In this document: one piece after another, positions 10,901 to 18,536 of the stretch | Layout: each line of letters opens with the position of its first letter | Numbering within the stretch: the stretch's first letter is position 1 | Assembly (NCBI GenBank): GCA_963675785.1 | Contig: OY776562.1 | Span: 1,472,001 to 1,536,000 of the forward strand | From: Anaerolineae bacterium | Lineage (GTDB): Bacteria > Chloroflexota > Anaerolineae > UBA1429 | Direction: 5' to 3' | Length of the DNA: 64,000 bases | The notes under the pieces: model-generated | Seen by the model: only the letters and a program-made list of their open reading frames with translations | The model's database searches: none | What the model was told of the DNA's origin: nothing | Made by a program: the position numbers and the translations under genes

Positions 10901-11146
10901 GGTGCTTTCGAAACTCTGTTTAGAACGATCGCACACGAGTTGCAGCACTTAGCAGATTGGACGTTCATTGTTCCTTCCAAAAAGACCGGGTATATTTCGG
11001 ATGAGAATATGGAAATCTATTCGGGATTGCGAGAATCCTATGTAAATCCTAATGAGCAGCCATATGAGGCATATCGGACACAATTAGTCGAATCTAGAGC
11101 CTGGGATAACGAAGATATCTGGATGGAAAGTACCTTTGGTCACTAA
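4949..11146 (+). CDS. Rhs/YD-repeat polymorphic toxin with signal peptide, SpvB/TcB-like N-terminal region and C-terminal HExxH metallopeptidase tip
   Basis: Signal peptide; VSLFSGGMTYSYPI..P.VTLTYNS..GMGWTL (SpvB-like); many YDxxGR repeats; Rhs core YGARWYDP..GRFLQPD..PQSLNRYAYCLNNPIKYTDPTG; tip with HELQH and a downstream E (ESRA). Confidence 0.92.
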   Translation: MSLQRVLLSLVLILSFLVNPISVIADNNQPSEESMSIASPTVDPQDTETAPEQIPAEFDDLPEDIIAPTDQSSCDATLKLEASSTTVTPGDTIELSFGLSFVTETTPGQLEIVLPKGVSAKEPLIWDISEDYAQTVQVQITEDILDLDELSLTFTPNDYAWQLEESIYLTCLGERQSYILQDQKSVTTSNDRLGVDFGKADLADLYVEVQPLSIAPYSAQTSDEMLYTVEVDAWSSGEKDAALTSFETPVTMRINMDGIVDIADLPTYQAIFAGYLDEETGKWEILPAHREGNTVTFETNHFSIFGVGTVDVPTTGWALAYNEPQVSLFSGGMTYSYPIELVAGRNGATPDVTLTYNSRRVDGILTWVQSDWVGMGWTLDTMEIVRKITPDYAPASSNYMDYSWLWGYTYWENEFVLMYQGTAYTLIPQQSNRAYGLYSCEDEQFLRIQRFSNVTGCTGSSANATGEYWIVTTKDGTQYQLGYNADSEQTVSMNSSIYQVPANPNESNYAGQVSGKVTYRWRLDKITYLNGERITYEYAESAITSGSAQREYASYLTAIRYNYTNSTSYNNSVLFDRALRSSDSVGDTDTSTDYYYQDYYLRGIRVQSWNTSTQGYETIREYRLSYQKQAVNSGEHDPHLRLLTSIQEYGRGGYGSSSSLPATTFSYTRYENKTACSTCTHWFVPTQEWQQECFRYSRLTAINNGYHGTTELGYETPDSGWWHAQNYRVITTTVSDGQGGGYRYAYCYPSALTDRGYDLDDTYGCDYYSSGEETGDTLVGYHWVIVDTQDISGNTLSKSSTEFRMNSTANPDRSVGRVYVLIDYVETATGWLTYNKQINTYTTNTTTFSSGASSYFVGQSQATYYRYDDGSERHWATQYWYDNYGNVSQIREYSDFDVETLYRCTYINYAYNTGSWIVSLPCSTEVFNGFMSQISGTYIYYDNTTTLGAAPSQGLVTKTARWNGTVQQQTTEQIRYITVAGGISVPDRTTDAHDKHTTVTYARDGLIVTSITNSEGHVTTYSYDPGTMQVTRVNGPNTDDSNWEANRTTAHLHDITDYQYDVFGRLTAIIEPGDTPSYPTKVITYNDTANPLTIRTYQRIDSNSSATYSTISVYDGLGRLIQENSIPSDNSSAIVHAYTYSPLGVAREYEPFSASYSTGKITIPSGTAYTSYTYDDLGRVTEIASPDGTSTTYAYKSTNTTFKTICIDANGHQTMTEQDIWGHTVASHEYEGTFSTPNWSASAYNTVTYTYDALDHLLSSDDGPSETTMEYDDLGRKIMLVDPDLGTWYYAYDTMDRLIGQEDARNQWTYYYYDDLGRLIGEYCPPSTPSPTLFNQGNYSNSQSLCTVTYHYDNNDPGNMGVGQLHYVENGDGSHSYEYDGRGRVLTETRVTYDSNHNDESSLSLRRLLNSANQITCKLFTDHFDSRAYIFNLFYTYDNYGRLDTMADSQSTPGTSSAAYNAYGLLDTLSDSKTISISSTDDYDAYARLVPPQPTSTIYVSNADYDVYGRLTSLVYGNGTSTTYTYNSPTVDGGRLASITSVKYFPSTSIQNLVYDYDNVGNVTQIINHCAPGGTQTTNYTYDELDRLSSAVATGGSNTYSYAWTYEQNGNIASLNSSAWSYNADPDHGVSTAQASSANFSQINYGYDLNGNVVSRSVLATLGGTTTTYQYSYDEQNELESITRNSASLAAFGVLEGELLKSTVNGTTTYYIGSDAEYSQGSSLVRTYNCYFGDQLVAVQEVVGNPIFPSSTNLTYLYHDHLGSTTVAIDATTSKAQYLPYGGRLDSVDLGTSYTYTGQQALDGLDILNYGARWYDPLTGRFLQPDTIVPQPFNPQSLNRYAYCLNNPIKYTDPTGHGPFEVLETLVGEINYLGVEEYEIFDIMSDGDLALASQIFSLVEAAGLEQMTNWYLSRDSLARSQLGCALFTYIAFGEMGKRASSASLVFCGSLVRGADGGRIAEENPWVPVGTIAFNDRLIEGELASGAFETLFRTIAHELQHLADWTFIVPSKKTGYISDENMEIYSGLRESYVNPNEQPYEAYRTQLVESRAWDNEDIWMESTFGH

Positions 11147-11161
11147 CAGGCCTGAAGGAGA

Positions 11162-12331
11162 GTGGAAGTGAAAACGAGAAGAATCTTACTCGTTCTAGTG
11201 CCACTAGTATTTGTTATCCTTATTACTCTCAATTTCAATATCGGAAAACTGAGCTGGAAGCTGGCCTCGCGCAATTTCGATGGCTGGGATATCGACGCCA
11301 CCAGCGAAGACAACATCGTTCTGGTAGGCAACCGCATCTTGCACTACAACGGCCTCTTTTGGTATAGAGGTCGCTCCCTCTCTGGTCGTGCTATTGGCCA
11401 TAAACCTGTTCTTTCTGAGTATGCTCAAGAAATGAATTTTGATTGGCCTACCGTACAGTGGTTTGAGCCCTATCTGAATGATGTTGATACATATGATAAC
11501 AATCATATCTATGCCGTAGGTAAAGCGGGTATCCTGCGCTACAACGGCTTCTGGTGGTCGTCTATGCCCGTCGCTGAAGGTCTTGATCCTCATCCTTACG
11601 AGATTTGGGCACAGAGTCCCGATAGCATCTATGCTCTCGATGAAGAACTGGGTGCCCTTTATTGGGATGGAAAGCAATGGGATACGCTGTCCTTTCCCAT
11701 CCAAGGTGAAATCGACATCGCCGCCATAGGCGGTACAGACGAGTGTATGATCATCACCGGTAGCTACAAGGCTTTAGAAAACTCGGATAGTTTTGTCCTG
11801 ATCCGGGAGAACGACATCTGGCATAGCGCGAATATCTCTTCACTGGAGGCTGGAATTGAGCTGAGTTCCTACAACGATGGCTCTTTGGAATTTGATCATG
11901 TTTGGGGGCTGGAAGATGGAAGAATCGTCGTCAGCCTTGCTGAGCCTCTCCGATTCCCTCCATTTTTGGATCTATCCTGTAGGAGACTGCTGTGCTACGA
12001 CCAAGGTGTGTGGTCTTTCTTTGAAGCGCCAGACAAGACCTTCTATAGCGCCTGGTGGTTTAGGCCCTTATATGTGTCTACTGACGAACAAGATTGTTTG
12101 CTCGTCTGCACGGATTACAGCGAACGAATGCGCCAGATCACGGACGAAAATGGCAATCTCGTCTGGCAGTCCATTGATGATGAGAACACTCTTTTTAGCG
12201 GCGTAGGCACACTACTGGATAATGAGAATTTACTCATCTATGGAGGAGAATCGGAAAGAGTCATAAGCACGGCGGGGACTCGCCTAATCGAGCCTCCTTG
12301 TTATGTAAATCACATTGAGCTAGCCTGGTGA
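11162..12331 (+). CDS. Membrane-anchored beta-propeller-like protein, paralog 1 (probable cognate immunity protein of the Rhs tip)
   Basis: Starts 15 nt after the Rhs stop. One N-terminal TM helix, repeats ILHYNG..W / IYAVG..GILRYNG..W / IWAQSPDSIYA..LYWDG..W, and an ELAW end. Confidence 0.8.
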   Translation: MEVKTRRILLVLVPLVFVILITLNFNIGKLSWKLASRNFDGWDIDATSEDNIVLVGNRILHYNGLFWYRGRSLSGRAIGHKPVLSEYAQEMNFDWPTVQWFEPYLNDVDTYDNNHIYAVGKAGILRYNGFWWSSMPVAEGLDPHPYEIWAQSPDSIYALDEELGALYWDGKQWDTLSFPIQGEIDIAAIGGTDECMIITGSYKALENSDSFVLIRENDIWHSANISSLEAGIELSSYNDGSLEFDHVWGLEDGRIVVSLAEPLRFPPFLDLSCRRLLCYDQGVWSFFEAPDKTFYSAWWFRPLYVSTDEQDCLLVCTDYSERMRQITDENGNLVWQSIDDENTLFSGVGTLLDNENLLIYGGESERVISTAGTRLIEPPCYVNHIELAW

Positions 12332-12356
12332 TAAGGGGCACTCTCTTTTACCAAAT

Positions 12357-12389
12357 CAAAGGGCAGCCATGAATTGTGGCTGCCCTTTG
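12357..12389 (+). terminator. Stem-loop (copy 1 of a repeated intergenic element)
   Basis: CAAAGGGCAGCCAT-gaatt-GTGGCTGCCCTTTG. Confidence 0.55.
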
Positions 12390-12476
12390 GCTATTCGCAA
12401 TCATTGAAGCCACGCCCCACAAGGGAACCAATAAAACCATAATCTCATCCCAAAATACCATAGTAAAAGGAGGCAT

Positions 12477-12815
12477 TTGATGATTGATCCATATGAGAAG
12501 GCACTCGCAGCGCTGAATACCCTGGGCGAAAGCTTGTTCTATGATCAATCGATCGAAGAAGCAATTGAGAGCCTCAAGCATCTCTGTGCCGATGAGAGTG
12601 ATCCGGTTCACGCAATGAGACGAACCTCCTGGGATGACCTCGTCGATCACATGGACTATGTACTCAAGAACTGTGATGATGCGACTCTGAATGAGCTTAT
12701 GGAAAAATACTTTGGTCTCTACTCCAATCGTTACATAGGGGGCGGGCGGGCGTTTTTCCAAATGGTCCAACAGGTCATGATTGATGCCTTGGCGGATAGG
12801 CGAAGCAAATTCTAG
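12477..12815 (+). CDS. Small acidic helical hypothetical protein (candidate orphan immunity protein)
   Basis: Strong AAAGGAGG RBS; 112-aa ORF inside the toxin locus. Confidence 0.65.
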   Translation: MMIDPYEKALAALNTLGESLFYDQSIEEAIESLKHLCADESDPVHAMRRTSWDDLVDHMDYVLKNCDDATLNELMEKYFGLYSNRYIGGGRAFFQMVQQVMIDALADRRSKF

Positions 12816-13076
12816 CGTTGCCGTCTGTGCCTGAGCCATGACGGTGAATCGTTTGTGATTCGCCGTCTGGTGCAAAGCTCAGTTATAGTGTGCCCGAGGG
12901 CTAGTTGTCTATATCGCTGGCCCTCTCTAGTCATCACGTTTCGGAAACAGCATGGAGGACCTTCGCCTAAGTGTTCGTGGATGGCGTCTAGGGAATATGA
13001 TCGCATCTGGTCAGTTGAGTTCCAACAAAGAATTGGCTAATTGGATGGCCTTCAACGTGGCGGGAGATTGATTTCG

Positions 13077-13625
13077 ATGAGAATCAAGTTAGATACTCAA
13101 ATTGAGAAGCAGAAGTTGCCTACATGGCGTATTGTGTTACAAGGCGCCTGGCTAGGTGTAGTTGGCGGAATAGTCGCATCACTTTTGATCTCAATCGCAG
13201 TGCTAGCCTGGGAAAGCTTGGGGCTGAAGGGAGATTCTAATTTTTTAGATATAATAGAGTCGATACTTGTTTTTACTGTTATCTTTTCCTTTCCCATCGC
13301 GTTCATTATCATCTCGCCCTTTTCATTATGTGCAGGAATTACCATCGCTTTGTTGCTTGAAAAAAAACCTCTAGAGAACCTACACAAGATTGGAATCCGA
13401 ATCGGAGCCATCGTCGGAGCTGTATTCGGTTTAGTCAGCTTTGGCACTGTAGAAGCTGGATTATGGAAGGATCAGGTTCTTAGCTTTACGGCCGGAACTT
13501 GGTATTCATTCTTTTCGCCTCTCTCGTTGTTGATTTTCATAATCGGAGCATTGACAGGAGGAGCTCACGGTTGGCTTACTGCTCGCTGGCTAGAGAAGAA
13601 ACGTGCTTTGCAAGAGCCTACATAA
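13077..13625 (+). CDS. Four-TM membrane protein (candidate orphan immunity protein)
   Basis: Hydrophobic Gly-rich helices; ATG 13077 follows GGGAG. Confidence 0.7.
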   Translation: MRIKLDTQIEKQKLPTWRIVLQGAWLGVVGGIVASLLISIAVLAWESLGLKGDSNFLDIIESILVFTVIFSFPIAFIIISPFSLCAGITIALLLEKKPLENLHKIGIRIGAIVGAVFGLVSFGTVEAGLWKDQVLSFTAGTWYSFFSPLSLLIFIIGALTGGAHGWLTARWLEKKRALQEPT

Positions 13626-13648
13626 ACCAATACCCTTGTACCATGAGC

Positions 13649-13704
13649 AACTCATATAGAGCACAGTCCTCAGCTAACGCTGAGGACTGTGCTCTATATG
13701 AGTT
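13649..13704. repeat. Perfect 26-bp inverted repeat with a 4-nt loop
   Basis: AACTCATATAGAGCACAGTCCTCAGC-taac-GCTGAGGACTGTGCTCTATATGAGTT. Confidence 0.9.
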
Positions 13705-13801
13705 TATCTATACAAAATACATATTATGCTTGCTAGCTCAATACAACTATGTTAACATTTCACATCACGCTAAAAATATGCTCAAAGAGGAGCCTCCTCT
13801 C

Positions 13802-15007
13802 ATGGCAGACACATCCACACCTAACAAACGCCACTGGTGGTTGGTGCCGCTTGCTTTAGTAATGCTTGCCGCCCTACTTGTGGCAGATATCTATCTCCTC
13901 AAGCCAACTATCGAAAAGCTGAGCTGGAAGCTGGCCTCGCGCAATTTCGATGGCTGGGATATCACTTCCACCAGCGAAGACAACATCGTGCTGGTAGGAA
14001 GTCACATTCTGCACTACAACGGCCTATTCTGGTATCGCGCACCTTTTCCTTTGCGCCTTGTCACAGGAGAACGTCGCGGGCAAGTGTATGAGTACGAAAA
14101 CCCTGATGAAATAGAATGGCCTACATTTCGAGCCTATTCTCCCTATCTTGAAACCGTTACTGCGTATGATAACACGCATATTTATGCCGTTGGCGCCGCA
14201 GGTATTTTACGCTACAACGGACTTTGGTGGGCCTCTATGCCAGTTGTCAAAGGGCTCGATCCTCACCCTTACGAGATCTGGGTGCAAAATCCAGATAATA
14301 TCTATGCTCTCGATATAGAACTCGGTGTACTCTACTGGAACGGTCAACAGTGGAATACCCTATCATTGCCGGTTCCGGAGAGTTTCCAAGCTTATGCCAT
14401 CGGAGGTACTGAGGAGACTCCCGTGATTACCGGCCTTTCTGGCACATACTCATACGGAAAAGCTGATGAACGCGTACAAGCCATACTGATCAAGGAAGGA
14501 GATACTTGGAGCAGCATAGATATCACGTCCTTCTTTGAGGATTTTGAACCCGATGATGATGGCAGCGCTCTAGTACCTCTTTACGTGTGGGGACAAGACG
14601 ATGGGAGAATCATCATCGGCATTTACGAACCTATCCATATAACACCCTATATATATCGGTTATGCAGATACATGCTCTGCTACAATGAAGGAATGTGGAC
14701 AGATATCGAACCACCAGACCTAACTCTCTATAATAGCTACCTTGCAACACTTACACATGTCTCTAGTGATCAAGAAGGATATCTGCTAGCCTATACCAAT
14801 TACAGAGAGCAAATGCGGCAAGTTCCGGATCTGGCCGCAGATAGCGAGATTTACTGGGAGTCGACTACAGAGTCCATTCAAAATAACCTGGGGGCATATG
14901 TTTTTTTGAACAACGAACAAATGATCATGTACGGTGGTGAGATTGATCCGCAAGGATTGTATTCGCACGGCCCTTGTGCAGTTTATTCCTATGAACTAGC
15001 CTGGTGA
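13802..15007 (+). CDS. Membrane-anchored beta-propeller-like protein, paralog 2
   Basis: MADTSTPNKRHWWLVP start after AGAGGAG; same repeats as paralog 1; YELAW end. Confidence 0.85.
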   Translation: MADTSTPNKRHWWLVPLALVMLAALLVADIYLLKPTIEKLSWKLASRNFDGWDITSTSEDNIVLVGSHILHYNGLFWYRAPFPLRLVTGERRGQVYEYENPDEIEWPTFRAYSPYLETVTAYDNTHIYAVGAAGILRYNGLWWASMPVVKGLDPHPYEIWVQNPDNIYALDIELGVLYWNGQQWNTLSLPVPESFQAYAIGGTEETPVITGLSGTYSYGKADERVQAILIKEGDTWSSIDITSFFEDFEPDDDGSALVPLYVWGQDDGRIIIGIYEPIHITPYIYRLCRYMLCYNEGMWTDIEPPDLTLYNSYLATLTHVSSDQEGYLLAYTNYREQMRQVPDLAADSEIYWESTTESIQNNLGAYVFLNNEQMIMYGGEIDPQGLYSHGPCAVYSYELAW

Positions 15008-15118
15008 AAGCCACAGAAGCCCCAATCACCAAATCCGCCCGCCTGATCATCATCAAGGGTTGACAGAGGGAGGATCAACCTAAAGGCGGTAGAGTTAGTG
15101 TAGTTCGAGCAAAACCTA

Positions 15119-15149
15119 AAGGGGCAACCATAAAATATGGTTGCCCCTT
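15119..15149 (+). terminator. Stem-loop (copy 2 of the repeated intergenic element)
   Basis: AAGGGGCAACCAT-aaaat-ATGGTTGCCCCTT. Confidence 0.55.
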
Positions 15150-15239
15150 GCTATTAACAATATTGAAGCCATATCTCACACGATAACTGATCAAACCATA
15201 ATATAGCTATAAAAATAGTTCACCAACTCAGGGGGAAAC

Positions 15240-16181
15240 CTGCCTTACGGCGGCCGACTGGACAGCGTCGACCTGGGCACCAGCTACACCTACACCGGCC
15301 AACAGGCTCCTGATGGCTTGGACATACTCAACTATGGCGCCCGCTGGTACGATCCTCTTACTGGCCGCTTTCTGCAGCCTGATACCATCGTGCCCGAGCC
15401 CTTTAATCCTCAGAGTCTGAACCGCTATTCGTACTGCTTGAACAACCCAATCAAGTATACGGATCCGACGGGACAGGAGTATAGCGAAGATGTAGGAAGT
15501 CCATCAGGAACCACACTTGATGATCTCTACAGATTGACAGACACATTCGAAGTAACAGGTATGTTGATGGCCGGAGGAACTTCGTCTTTGGCGCAGTTGC
15601 GGGCAGCTCAGAATCTTGTAGGAGCATTTAGAAACATGGGTTATGGTACTGCACTTGATTGGTATATGAACACAACCGATCACTACAGGGATATGCTTGC
15701 AGGAGCTCTATTAGTATGCTTCACATATTCATCATGCGGAGATGCCGTATTCGACATTCACCTTCAAAGTCAGAACCCTAGGCCTACTCACCTTTGCTCG
15801 GGACTTTACTCTCACGAAGGAGACCCTACGAATGGAATCGGACCTCGAACCTTTCGATTATCAGCTTATCTCACCCAAGGTGATCTCACTGGTACAATCA
15901 GCAATCCATCATACTCTATCAGCCCCTCGTATCTTGAAGAGCTCGTACGTACTACGAGCCACGAGCCATCACATATGGCAGATTGGTTATCAGTAGAAAA
16001 CAGCATCCAGATAGCCGGCAGTGTAGAAAATATGAATTCTAATGATATCTCACTGTGGGAATCGCTCCAAACACAGGGCGGTAACAACAATGAAAACTAT
16101 GACGCGTATCGCGCCTCGATCACCGAGGAAAGAGCTTTCGCGCGAGAAGATTCGTGTTGGCATTCATTTTTCTATCGCTAG
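15240..16181 (+). CDS. Orphan Rhs core fragment plus alternative HExxH metallopeptidase tip (probably a silent cassette)
   Basis: 15240-15473 closely matches 10282-10515 (LPYGGRLDS...YTDPTG). The tip has HEPSH and YDAYRASITEERA. An in-frame TAG at 15216 lies upstream and no ATG precedes the core. Confidence 0.85.
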   Translation: MPYGGRLDSVDLGTSYTYTGQQAPDGLDILNYGARWYDPLTGRFLQPDTIVPEPFNPQSLNRYSYCLNNPIKYTDPTGQEYSEDVGSPSGTTLDDLYRLTDTFEVTGMLMAGGTSSLAQLRAAQNLVGAFRNMGYGTALDWYMNTTDHYRDMLAGALLVCFTYSSCGDAVFDIHLQSQNPRPTHLCSGLYSHEGDPTNGIGPRTFRLSAYLTQGDLTGTISNPSYSISPSYLEELVRTTSHEPSHMADWLSVENSIQIAGSVENMNSNDISLWESLQTQGGNNNENYDAYRASITEERAFAREDSCWHSFFYR

Positions 16182-16197
16182 AGAAGTGGAGTAATTT

Positions 16198-17355
16198 ATG
16201 AACCGACACAGATTTTTCCGTTTCCTATTTCTTTTTATTTTACTATCTTCTTTTTTCTTCCTTGTTACGCAACTAGATAGATTAACCTGGTTCTGGGCTT
16301 CGCGTGATTTCGTAGGCTGGGACATCAGTGCAACTAGTCAAGACGATATCTATGTCGTAGGCAGCCATATCCTGCATTACGATGGGAAATGCTGGTATAG
16401 AATGGATTATGACGCTGTCGATCGAGTCTTTTCAGAGAATGAGGAAGAGAGCCACTCTTTTCTAGGGCTTTTCGAACTGCCTACTGCTTGGGGGTGGGCA
16501 CCTCCTGATTTTTATGACGTCGAGGCATATGATGCAAAGCATATCTATGCGGGTGGCGCAGCAGGCATTTTGCAGTGTGATGGCGAGAGATGGTCTGCGA
16601 TGCCAGTGCTCGATGAACTTGAGCTTTATCCATACGACATCTGGGTACAGAACCCAGATAGTATCTATGCTGTAGATGGTACACACGGCTTATTCTCCTG
16701 GGATGGACAATCATGGCGTCTTGAATCCCAGGATGTAACTTTTAACAGGCGTACCATAGAGACCTTGCATGTAGGGCTATTAGGCGGAAACGATGAATCT
16801 GTAGTAGCAATAGGTGATGGGCTGACGCTTTTGCTCAACTCGGGAGATGGTTGGCAGCAGGTTGACATCGCCCCACTGCTCGAAAACATCGAACTGCACG
16901 AACGCGCCAATGATAGCTATGGGTTGCAGCTCAACGGCGTGTGGGGACTCGACGATGGCAGGATTCTCGTTGGAGTTTGGGAGAACGTCTTTCTCACACC
17001 AAGAGTTCTATACAACTGCAAGTGCCTATTGTGCTACCAAGACGGTACTTGGACGGTGATTCCCACGCCCGACTATTGGCATCCATGGGAGATCCTCATC
17101 GATAGCCACGGCAACCTCGCTTCTCTCAATGAGTACGGTGAGCGTTATCAATATGTAACGAATGAGAACGAAGCAAACCCGATCTGGCAGCATATTGATG
17201 AAGAAATGAATCGTTATTGGGGACCATTTATCTTCTTGGATAATTCTAGCCTGCTGGTCTATGGTGGTGAGCTCTATACTTATGCGAGTTGTTCAGACTG
17301 CCCTGCAATGGTGAGCATCCCCTGTCGCGTAGAGTCATATGAGCTAACGTGGTGA
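16198..17355 (+). CDS. Membrane-anchored beta-propeller-like protein, paralog 3 (probable immunity protein for the orphan tip)
   Basis: 16 nt after the orphan tip stop; family repeats; YELTW end. Confidence 0.85.
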   Translation: MNRHRFFRFLFLFILLSSFFFLVTQLDRLTWFWASRDFVGWDISATSQDDIYVVGSHILHYDGKCWYRMDYDAVDRVFSENEEESHSFLGLFELPTAWGWAPPDFYDVEAYDAKHIYAGGAAGILQCDGERWSAMPVLDELELYPYDIWVQNPDSIYAVDGTHGLFSWDGQSWRLESQDVTFNRRTIETLHVGLLGGNDESVVAIGDGLTLLLNSGDGWQQVDIAPLLENIELHERANDSYGLQLNGVWGLDDGRILVGVWENVFLTPRVLYNCKCLLCYQDGTWTVIPTPDYWHPWEILIDSHGNLASLNEYGERYQYVTNENEANPIWQHIDEEMNRYWGPFIFLDNSSLLVYGGELYTYASCSDCPAMVSIPCRVESYELTW

Positions 17356-17369
17356 AAGGATTCCACACC

Positions 17370-18524
17370 ATGACAGATACATCAACACCTCGCAGACACC
17401 GCTGGTGGCTGGTGCCGCTTGCTTTGGTCGTACTGTCTAGCCTACTCGTAGCAGATACCTATCTCCTCAAACCAACTATCGAACAACTGAGCTGGAAACT
17501 GGCCTCGTGCAATTTCGATGGCTGGGATATTGCAGCCACTAGCGAAAATAACATCGTTCTGGTAGGCAACCGCATCTTACATTACAACGGCCTCTTTTGG
17601 TATCGCGCGCCCTTTTCCTTCTTTCTCGCCGATGAGGAGGATCAGGCACTACAAGGCAAGCAAAACTCAGAACCCACTCTGCGGCGGAGCTATGAACCTC
17701 CTTTATCCGTTGTTGTGGCCTATGATGCCACCCATATTTACGCAGCAGGAACAACCGGCATCTTGCGCTTCAACGGCCTATGGTGGTCGCAAATGCCTGC
17801 TGCCAATGGACTAGATGCCTTTGCAAGAATGCTTTACGTTCAGAATCCCGACAGTATCTACGCTATCACGCGAGACAATGAGGTGCTTTATTGGAACGGT
17901 CGGCTCTGGGACAACTTGGTTTTGCCAGAACAATTCCATGCTTCTGCCGTAAGCGGCACAGATGACCACGTCGTTATAGTCGGGCGAAATCAAAAGGCCT
18001 TCATCCTAACAAATGGTATCTGGCAAGAGGTAAACATTCCCGAACTCGTCTCTGCTCTAGAACTTTCACAGTACGCCGATCCAGATTTTGGTCTTCAGCC
18101 CTTAACAGTCTACGGCCTAGATGATGGCCGGATTATCATTGGCATTTATGAGTACATTGATTTAGGAGTGATCGAGGCTAGCGTCAGTCGGCTTTTGCTT
18201 TGCTATAACGGCGGAGATTGGTTCACTGTTGATGTGCCCGAGGGCCAAACTCTGCTTGATATCAATGTGGATGATACAGGACTTTTGATTGCCTTTGATG
18301 TTTTCGGCAATAGATACAAGCAAATCCACACTGGTGAGAGCCTATCCTGGGAAAGAATCGATGATTCGGCGGCTCCATACTTTTGGGGGGCCTATACTTT
18401 CCTTGATTCTGGAGAAATGTTTGTGTACGGTCAAATACCCACTCGCATAGAACAACCCTGTTTCGACTGCTTGCCCGAGATCAAGCCGCCCTGTTCTGTA
18501 GAGCATTACGAATTGGCCTGGTAG
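17370..18524 (+). CDS. Membrane-anchored beta-propeller-like protein, paralog 4
   Basis: MTDTSTPRRHRWWLVP start after AAAGGA; family repeats; YELAW end. Confidence 0.85.
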   Translation: MTDTSTPRRHRWWLVPLALVVLSSLLVADTYLLKPTIEQLSWKLASCNFDGWDIAATSENNIVLVGNRILHYNGLFWYRAPFSFFLADEEDQALQGKQNSEPTLRRSYEPPLSVVVAYDATHIYAAGTTGILRFNGLWWSQMPAANGLDAFARMLYVQNPDSIYAITRDNEVLYWNGRLWDNLVLPEQFHASAVSGTDDHVVIVGRNQKAFILTNGIWQEVNIPELVSALELSQYADPDFGLQPLTVYGLDDGRIIIGIYEYIDLGVIEASVSRLLLCYNGGDWFTVDVPEGQTLLDINVDDTGLLIAFDVFGNRYKQIHTGESLSWERIDDSAAPYFWGAYTFLDSGEMFVYGQIPTRIEQPCFDCLPEIKPPCSVEHYELAW

Positions 18525-18536
18525 AAAAGAGGGCAC

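Noticed and set aside
13499-13801. 100-aa N-terminal extension of paralog 2 in the ORF track
   Set aside because: It overlaps the previous gene and the long hairpin; the paralogs and RBS place the start at 13802.
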